NCBI GenBank assembly: GCA_013115145.1
Contig: JAAPAO010000008.1
Span: forward strand, 1-64,000
Length of the DNA stretch: 64,000 bases
Source: Perkinsus chesapeaki ATCC PRA-425
Taxonomy: Eukaryota; Protista; Perkinsozoa
Direction of reading: 5' to 3'
Positions 56,454 to 64,000 of the stretch are shown one piece after another (within the stretch, counting starts at the first letter, position 1; every line of letters starts with the position of its first letter). The notes under the pieces are model-generated. The model saw nothing but the letters and a program-made list of their open reading frames with translations, made no database searches and was not told the origin of the DNA. Made by a program: the position numbers and the translations under genes.

Positions 56454-56788
56454 CTAGTCCTTCTCATCGGGGTCAGACTGCAAGGATGGATATCTGTCCA
56501 ACATCTTGCTCCTGAAATTTCTCCACCTCGGTTGAAGGTAGCATGCCCAAGACACTTGGAAGGCGACCAGAACGTTGATGGTGGTAGCTGAAAGGAGGCA
56601 GGGATGATAGCAACACCAACACCAACATGCAAGCCACACACGGACTCCTCCGTACTTAGGTAGAGAACCATCGTCCTTCCACCGTTGCCGCCCACAGTGG
56701 GGCCAATCTGCGCCGTTCTCAAGGGCGGTCCAATACGATTGAAGAACACTGGAGTTGATCTCAGAAGGCCCGTGGCGTTGCGTAACAT
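56454..56788 (-). CDS. Small (88 aa) single-TM protein with mitochondrial-presequence-like N-terminus (intron 56588-56655)
   Basis: Splicing gives MLRNATGLLRSTPVFFNRIGPPLRTAQIGPTVGGNGGRTMVLYLTTTINVLVAFQVSWACYLQPRWRNFRSKMLDRYPSLQSDPDEKD*. Confidence 0.6.
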
Positions 56789-56892
56789 AATGGGAGTACC
56801 AATCTAACAGAGACATGGGCTACCCAGCCTTAACTCTACCACTCTTTGCTTAAGATGGAAATATTATTAACATGCCACTGCATTGGTCTTGG

Positions 56893-59523
56893 TCAATGAT
56901 GACGAATAAAGCCTGGAGGATTATAGAGCCCAATCCGAGGCGGAGGCTGCTGAGCCAATAGATTAGGAGCAGTGAGCGGCGGCCAGTTGGCAAACATTAT
57001 GGGCTGAGGAGGAGGGCCCGTGGGGCTCCGAGTTGCTGCTGCTACACTAACCTGCAATAGCGCTCAGCCAAAAGCACAACATACTTCTCACTTGTCTCGG
57101 GGCCACTGCGGGCGGGGCGGCGACGACGCAGGGCTTCTGGGTGATACACATTGAGTCGTCGAGAGAGAGGAGCGATGACTCGTCGAATACCTGCCAGAGC
57201 GGAAGTTAACGCATATAGAGAGAAGACGAAGGCTTACTAGGAAGCTGCTGCCATCAGTATCACGGACGCTCTGAAGAGGGGATTGAAGTCGACGAATATA
57301 GTGCCCAGTCTGGTGCTGATTAGGAGGGTGATAGCCGAGAAAGGACTCGTGTAATGAAGGCCTGGATAGGAAGGCCGCCGCATAAGCACAGACAACAGGG
57401 GACCATACAATCCTGCGGTCAGATCGGGCTTATTGGGGAGCCTTGGGCCAGAGCCTGGCTTATGATGTTGGTTGGTGACCCGCACTGTGACCTGATGGAG
57501 AGGATATCCCATGGGCTCGGCCTCGGTCTCGGTCTCACCGGGGTTCCACTTGACGGTGGCTTTTGGGCAGAGGCACCTGACATCAGACAGCTGCGGACCA
57601 TCCTAGAGATTAAGGAAGGCCATACTTCGCTGGGGCGGTGGTGGGGCTGCTGGCGGATAGCAAACACTTATGTTGCCGCTGGGGAGTGGACGGTAGTGAA
57701 CAGAAGGAGACATGACCGCTGAGACCTGACCATACCATCACACTCGCCAGAGCAGCCACCCTCGCCTGAGACACTGTTGAGGTATCGAGACAGGAATGAA
57801 TTATTGGGCTTTGAGCAAAGCTCCGATGAAGATACTGCGGCAGTTCCCTGGCTGTTGAGGCCGGTGGCTGCTGCTGCTGGTGGAGCGTCTACATAAGACC
57901 TTTCATCAGGGGCTCATTACATTATGCGGTACCCGAAGAGTTGGAACGCGAGCAAGGCCAGTCGGTTGTTGTTGGTGTCGTGTAAGGTCAAGAACCCTAT
58001 GTCGTAGCTGAGGCGTGGCCATTACAGGAGGCGGCGACTGATATGGAATGCGTGAGGCCAAGGTACGAGAGTCGCCGATTGCCTACTGGACGAGCGGTAC
58101 TGGCCACGCCCATTGAGGTGCATAAGGGGTGATCAAGCACCTCGCTTATTGTCAATCGACGACCTGCATTGGCAACTATAACTGCAGCCCAAAGGCACGT
58201 AGGCATCTACCCTCGTCACGCACCAACAGACGTCGGACCAGGTCCTCGGCCACAAGTGGGAAGTCAGACGGGAAGGATAATCTGAACAAGGACTGTTGGA
58301 AGTAAACGGTCGATGAGGTGGTACTTGACGTTGATAATGTTACTGACCACAGTTCTCTGGTCTGTTGCATTGAACGGTGGTCGACCAGCCAAGAGCTCAT
58401 AGAGTAGGATACCCAACCCCCACAGATCAATGCTGTGATCATGCCCACGACCAAGTAGCTGTAGACAATATGCAATCCAACAACAAACCAGTCGCCGATA
58501 CCATCTCCGGTGAGAGGTAGTCCAACGTGCCGCAAAAGGTGCGCCTTTTGACGTGGGTTAAGCCAGGCCTGGCCGGGGGCAGCTCAGCGCACCAACCAAA
58601 GTCGGCCAGTTTGAGGGTGTCATCGGCGGTTACGAGTAGGTTCTCCTGGTGGGGTAGCAACACATCGCTGCTGCTGCTGTGAAGCTGCGGCATACCTACT
58701 GGTTTAATGTCCCGGTGTATTATACCATGCGAATGAAGGTGACCGACGGCCTTAGCGGCCATAACGAAGTATCTGTCAAAAGCATGACATACGGAGACTT
58801 GGAATAGTAAGCCTTACTTGACGGCCTTTTCTACTGGGAACTTTCGTTTTGGCTGCGTTCTTAGTAGATGATAAAGCTCACCTGATGAGACATGATAGAC
58901 ACAGTCAATGGTGATGACGGTGTTACCTTTAGCACAGTACTCTAGGAGAAGGTAGACATATCTCCGGTCCTCGAAGTGAGAGTACAAGCTGAGGATGTTA
59001 GGGTGGGCTGGTAGTCTGGATTGTACAGATATCTCTCTTTCAACTTGGCCTGACCAAACCGTGCCCTCCTGGAGCCATGGGGTGCCAAGAAGGTACCCGC
59101 TAGTTGGCCCTGTTCTACGTCTCGTTTACGAAGGCTCTTTAGAGCATACAAGCGACCTGACAAAGGGATGGTGCCAAGCTGTACATGGATTAACAACTTG
59201 CCTGAAGGGTCTTGGGATATTCGGACGCAGAGCACTTCGCCGAAACTGCCTTTGCCGAGCTTCCTGTCATCCTTGTGAAGTTCCCTCAAGCTAGCACTGC
59301 GGCCGAGGGCAGCAGCTGAACGAACTGGAGAATCATCAGAGTCACTTGAAGAGCAGGACGGTGACACTCTTCCACCGAGACTTCGCTCATCTGGCGAACG
59401 GCTTGCAGGGGGCGGCGGCCCCACGGGGCACTTACTGGCATTGACCTTGATAAGGTCATCCAAAGTTATACCATTCAGGGCACGGTCGACCCTCACTGGA
59501 GGGTTCCTCTCAGAAGGGAACAT
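56893..59523 (-). CDS. Aurora-like Ser/Thr protein kinase (multi-exon) with long low-complexity C-tail
   Basis: LGKGSFGEV; YALKSLRK; [12 protein letters not shown]; [18 protein letters not shown]; KLADFGWCA; [16 protein letters not shown]; YELLVGRPPF. DFGW and [10 protein letters not shown] are Aurora-typical. Confidence 0.85.
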
Positions 59524-59635
59524 TAACCACCGACTGGGCGGAAGGGAACGTGCGTTCTACAAATTCGCCTAAGTGCATGAAATGCAAGAAAAAATGGATG
59601 ATGGCCTCCTCGGAAGTGGGGCCTTATGAACTGCT

Positions 59636-62209
59636 ATGGAGCCATCTGATGTTCGGGCTTCAAGGCCCTTGGATAAGTTACTAGCATTGGCCGGGGAGGG
59701 AGAGCAGCCGGCTATCACTGGGGATGACTTAGTGTCTTGTGGAAAGTACTCCAAGGCGCTGTTTGAAGAGGTTCTGGTTGGGGCACCACCATTGGGGCTC
59801 TACACCTGGGGCAAGACCACCAATTTGACCCTAGGATACGGACAGTTCTCCCACAGTGCCGCACAAGACAGAGCTAGGAGGGTGGCTCTTCCCAACGGCG
59901 AGGTCCCTTCGTCAGTGGTAAGCTGTAGCGCCTTCCATACAGTATGTGTGTGCGAGTCGGGCCATGTCGCTGTGTGGGGCTTTGGCCAGGGCTACCGGCT
60001 TGGTGTAGGGGATGACCAGAGCAAGGTTGATCCTGTTATTATTGACCCTGCTAAGTTTCTAGGGGTCCCTATAGTGAAGGCCCAAGCGTCTGTTGACAAT
60101 ACAATGTTATTAGACGCAGAAGGTGGGGTCTATGTCACGGGGAGTAACAGATTCGGTCAGTGTGGCCGGTCCAAGCATTGGGAGGTCTGCAAGGCCCCGA
60201 CCATTCTCAAGCACTTAGTCGGTCCCTGCAGCGATATTGCCGCCGGGGATAAGCACTGTATCGCCGTTGATGCTGGTAGCCAACAGGTTCTGGCATGGGG
60301 GGACAACTCCGCTGGTCAGCTTGGCGTTGACTTCACCCAGGGCAGCGTGGACCCTCAGGTAGTGTCCAGGTTGAAGGGTGTGGGCAAGGTGTTCGCTAAT
60401 GGGACCCTTTCAGCGGCATTGAGAGGCAACGGTTCGGAACTCTACATCTGGGGTGGAGGGGCATGCCCGTTGCCCACCAGAGTTAGGGTTGAAGCGACCA
60501 GCGGCGAAGGGAAGGTCGACAATGGATGGACGGTCCAGGCAATCAGTGGGGCAGTATTCGTCTCTGTGGCCTTGCCGCGTGGGTCCAATCGTGTAGTGCT
60601 GTTATCTGCTCTCGGGGACCTCTACACAGTTGACATGCCCTCGGTTAAAGATGCCAAGGCCCAAGGCGGCCACTCCTTGGTGGCCCGATTTGCCCATCAC
60701 TTTGGACCGGACATCACCGCCCACAGTGTGTGTATTTACGGCGAGCAATGTCTGGTTCAGCTGGAAGATGGTCGAGTGCTTGCCAGCCGCCTTCGGGACC
60801 TCACCGAATGGACGGATGCCGGTGCAGAAGTCGGTGTTGCCCAGGCAGTCGCCATTGGTGGCTCGCCGGCCCACGCAATAGCTCTAGTCCGGGCTAACCT
60901 GCCGGATATTCCAGCGCCTCTTCCTGGCCGAGTGCCCGGCCTTCAGGAGACTGCTCAGCGCAAGCTAGCAGTCTCGAGCATCCATTCCTGGTCGATCGTT
61001 AGGCTCGCTTGGGAGCTCTGCGTCCTGGACTCCCTACAGTGTGGCTTTGTACGCTTCCCTTTACTAGTTGACTATTGCCTGGTCATGTTGCTCACTAACT
61101 TGCCCCTGTTGTATGCCCAGTCCCCTGATGCTCTATTAAAGCTGCTCAAGTGCCTGTCGCCTTTGCTGAGGCTGGTGGCGGACCGAAAGGAGCATGCCCA
61201 GCTATCCCTGTTCCACCGGGGGGCCTTCGATAGGCCCTCGGATATCCTAGACCGGCTCTTGGACTCTGAGGACTTTGTTCGGCACATGGAGGAGTTCATA
61301 GAGGCAGACTTTTACGGTGAGGATGGCACGGCGGGAATGCAGGAGCAAATTAATGTGGATGAACCCGCAGAGGGTCGGCCGCGGACCAACAGCACCAGCC
61401 GGGTGGGCGGATCGCTTGAAAGCCTTGAGGCTCGTCAACAGAAGCGGCTGAAAAAGGTGCTGAGGGAGCAGGAGAAGGTGCTAGTGGCGGGCGAGGCCAC
61501 GAGGAAGCCTTCGAGCTCCGGCGAGCATCAGTGGAAGGAAGTCCAGACCGGTCACCCTAAAGCTCCTCCTAAGTCGGGCCCACCACCACCGGTGCCCATG
61601 TCTCCTAGGCGATCAATCGAGCCCGCGGCGGCGGTGACGGTTGTCTCACCACGAAGACGTACTAGTAGTGGCGTATCCGACTCGGGTCCTCAGCCACGGA
61701 CCCCTACACTGGGTGACTTTATATTCTCAACTGGTCCTTCACGGGAGTCCACTTCGTCGAGGTCATGTCCATGGGCGAAGAGCCCACCGAAACAAGGGGA
61801 ATCTTTGTCGAAGGTCCTGCAGGAACAGAGATTGGCGGCGGCGGCGGCCAGCTCCTCGTCATCTTCGTCAAGTAGCTTCCGGCATGTTAGTGACCGATGT
61901 TCGTGGGGCATGGACGCCACTCCAGGTGCCAGACGAGCAAGCGCCATGGCTGCTGTTATCGAGGAGGAGAGGGAGGCTCAGGAGGCGATACGATTGGTGG
62001 AAGAGTTTGAAAGGAGCGAGAGGGAAGCCAGACGGTTGGCGGCCATGGAAGAGGCAGCGGGCTTAGGAAGGGAAGGTCGCGGTGATGAGCGCAGTGGTGG
62101 GCATGGACGCCGGGGGAATAGTGGGGGCAAGGGGAAAGGGAATCGACGAGGAGGCCGGTGGGAGGGCGGTAATCGCCGGAAGGCAGCCGCAGCAGCTCAG
62201 AAAGTTTAA
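59636..62209 (+). CDS. Intronless RCC1-repeat protein, IBTK-like (857 aa)
   Basis: LYTWGKTTNLTLGYG; RCC1 repeats (VAVWGFGQGYRLG, VYVTGSNRFGQCG, VLAWGDNSAGQLG); a helical BACK-like segment; C-terminal PWAK...SLSKVLQEQ and IEEEREAQEAI blocks; RGG-rich tail. Confidence 0.72.
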   Translation: MEPSDVRASRPLDKLLALAGEGEQPAITGDDLVSCGKYSKALFEEVLVGAPPLGLYTWGKTTNLTLGYGQFSHSAAQDRARRVALPNGEVPSSVVSCSAFHTVCVCESGHVAVWGFGQGYRLGVGDDQSKVDPVIIDPAKFLGVPIVKAQASVDNTMLLDAEGGVYVTGSNRFGQCGRSKHWEVCKAPTILKHLVGPCSDIAAGDKHCIAVDAGSQQVLAWGDNSAGQLGVDFTQGSVDPQVVSRLKGVGKVFANGTLSAALRGNGSELYIWGGGACPLPTRVRVEATSGEGKVDNGWTVQAISGAVFVSVALPRGSNRVVLLSALGDLYTVDMPSVKDAKAQGGHSLVARFAHHFGPDITAHSVCIYGEQCLVQLEDGRVLASRLRDLTEWTDAGAEVGVAQAVAIGGSPAHAIALVRANLPDIPAPLPGRVPGLQETAQRKLAVSSIHSWSIVRLAWELCVLDSLQCGFVRFPLLVDYCLVMLLTNLPLLYAQSPDALLKLLKCLSPLLRLVADRKEHAQLSLFHRGAFDRPSDILDRLLDSEDFVRHMEEFIEADFYGEDGTAGMQEQINVDEPAEGRPRTNSTSRVGGSLESLEARQQKRLKKVLREQEKVLVAGEATRKPSSSGEHQWKEVQTGHPKAPPKSGPPPPVPMSPRRSIEPAAAVTVVSPRRRTSSGVSDSGPQPRTPTLGDFIFSTGPSRESTSSRSCPWAKSPPKQGESLSKVLQEQRLAAAAASSSSSSSSSFRHVSDRCSWGMDATPGARRASAMAAVIEEEREAQEAIRLVEEFERSEREARRLAAMEEAAGLGREGRGDERSGGHGRRGNSGGKGKGNRRGGRWEGGNRRKAAAAAQKV

Positions 62210-62661
62210 TTGCTATGTGTTGAAAATTATGGCGTTGGGCCATTGTATACATTATTATCATTGTGTTTATTGAGGCATTTTCAAAGAGTCGGATGCTACT
62301 TGAGTTAGTTTAAATGCTACTCCCGAAACCATCGAAAATTGGAGTCCTTTGACCTTCTCTAAACCGTCTCTATGCTTGGATAACTGACACGACTTTAATC
62401 TCGTCACTAGTAGCTTTATTGGGAAAGAGCTGTGTTATTTGGTGTTATTCGTGCCCTTCACAAATAACCTTTACTGCTTCATCAGCAGCAGCTCATTCAA
62501 AATGGATGTGATAGGTTTGCCTTGCTGGTTCTAAAAAGTGACTTGTTATATTTCTCCTGAGCGTGTTTTAGAAAGGAGGAGCTCAGAGTGGATGAAAGAG
62601 TAAAATGATTGTGAGTTGGTAGTAGCCTCAAGTCGATCGGTAAATGATTTAGTACTTTATA

Positions 62662-63050
62662 ATGTCCAATTATCGTCCACTGCACTATAGCGCTGCCGCC
62701 AATGCCCCCTCCAACCACGGCCATCCACCCGGCCCTCCGTTTCGTTTAGGACATCGGCACCCAGGAACTTCTCTCGCATTATGTGCCAGCCCGCCGGGTA
62801 TCCGTCCTCGGTCTGTAATGCTGATGGCCAGCGACTTCACGCCGCTTGTGCTGAGCCATAGGACTGTGCAAGTCCTGTCTTACGGAGAGGCGGAGGAGCT
62901 GAGTCGGACGGTGCTGCTGGCTAATATGCCTTTTCCGCAGTTCAACGGCCAGCAGAACTCGGACGCCCACGAAATCACCATTATTAAGTTCTATCACAAA
63001 TGGCTTAGTGAGTACGGCACTGTTAAGAAGGTATGAGTTGCCTGTAGCTC

Positions 63051-63088
<38 letters not shown>

Positions 63089-63294
63089 GAGCGCTGCCTC
63101 AGGTGGAGCCGTGCGATCCTCCTGGCTCGTTAATTTGCACTTTTACTCACAGAGACGCTGCCTTACGAGCAGTTACGGCGATGCACCAAAGTTGCCCAGT
63201 GGTGGCTGGCTCTCGAGGTGGAGCTCGAGAGGCTCAGGTAGTACTGGCGGCCACATTTTGGCGAATGCCCAGTGAAGTGGTAGGTCTTGGCTAG
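62662..63294 (+). CDS. RRM-like RNA-binding protein (one intron ~63031-63102)
   Basis: RTVLLANMP...WLSEYGTVKK|VEPCDPPGSLICTFTHRDAALRAVTAMH has RNP2/RNP1-like spacing. Confidence 0.6.
63052..63084. repeat. (GCT)11 intronic microsatellite
   Basis: Directly visible run. Confidence 0.9.
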
Positions 63295-63301
63295 CTTGGC
63301 T

Positions 63302-64000
63302 TCAAGCAGGAGAAAGCTTCATTCGGTTGAGGGCCGTCAGGTGAGCCGCCTTCCTAAGGTTTGATGGTGACCAGTAAAGTGTCCATAGTTCTACTCGTAT
63401 GACAGTATGCTGCCATTCACCACCACTAGCGGCTTGGCTACTGACAAGAGAGCCTCCATTGCTGTTTGTATTAAGAATATCCCTCCGACTTCGTCGAGGG
63501 GGGAGATCTGTGCTGTTATTGGCTACTTTGCCAGAGTAATTGCGGTGGCAACATGCGCTCTGGTTGTTCATAGTTGCTGATGCTGCCTTAGTCTGCCTAC
63601 GTCCCTCCCGAGGCCCAGCCCAGAGGTAAGGTCACATGCTACTTCCGCTGTGCAGGAGAGGCCTATCTCGTAATGGCTGCCATCAACTACGCGTGCCGGG
63701 ATGGTCCACTCTACCTTGCCGAGGAAACATACCGCAATTTCGTAAGGGACTCCCATCATTTTAGCGCTACATGTTCGAGCAGTTTCCTCGCACCTGGATC
63801 ACTGGCCGTGTGTGTGCCTGCAGGGTGAAGGGTGATTTCGTTGCGAAGAGCAGGAGTAGGCATGTGCATGTTTGTCGGTGTATCTCCTATTTGCGGCAGA
63901 GCAACTGCCCTCGGTGGCACCGCTGCTGGCAACGGCACGGGACCCAGCTAAGGCTTTGGGAATCCTTTTGGATATGACACGTCAGAGGATCGAGGAAGAT
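63302..64000 (-). CDS. Possible 3' part of an unidentified minus-strand gene running off the window
   Basis: Adjacent minus-strand ORFs with GT-AG boundaries converge on the RRM gene. No family recognised. Confidence 0.25.

Noticed and set aside
1-64000. Spliced-leader RNA gene or SL relics (CCGTAGCCATYTTGGCTCAAG-like) upstream of the intronless genes
   Set aside because: A visual scan found only short GCTCAAG/CTTGAGC matches without the rest of the leader. Degenerate relics could have been missed.
1-64000. CRISPR array, rRNA genes, or an intact transposase/RT ORF
   Set aside because: No regularly spaced repeats, no rRNA-like stretch and no DDE or YxDD-bearing long ORF were seen.

Overview
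Gene-dense eukaryotic DNA with many very short GT-AG introns (mostly ~28-70 nt). I infer a Perkinsus-like (myzozoan alveolate) genome from the intron style and gene set: a plasmepsin IX/X (ASP3)-type protease, divergent intronless pepsin-family proteases, OPR/HPR-type helical-repeat proteins and ciliary genes. About 30 protein-coding loci were reconstructed by manual splicing, so exon boundaries and some starts/ends are approximate. They include CWC15, PPIP5K/VIP1, three aspartic proteases, a nucleoplasmin-like protein, an L7-like protein, CCDC113, two tandem mARC/MOSC genes, three CCCH zinc-finger genes, eIF4B-like, Mpv17/PMP22, a PF03407 glycosyltransferase, an SLC35F6-like transporter, an FKRP/LicD-like transferase, two tandem helical-repeat genes, an Aurora-like kinase and an IBTK-like RCC1 protein. 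There are also two identical initiator tRNA-Met genes. The most notable observations are: (1) an intronless FKRP-like enzyme with an apparently duplicated stem, in a glycosylation-flavoured neighbourhood; (2) three orphan ~30-nt tRNA 3' halves, all cut at the variable loop; (3) a tRNA-iMet nested antisense in an intron; (4) a 282-bp identical tract between otherwise diverged mARC paralogs; (5) CCCH proteins with a PAM2 motif and an unnamed shared domain; (6) a 106-bp near-perfect hairpin in a divergent promoter. No CRISPR array, rRNA or intact transposon was seen. All family calls come from motif recognition, not database searches.
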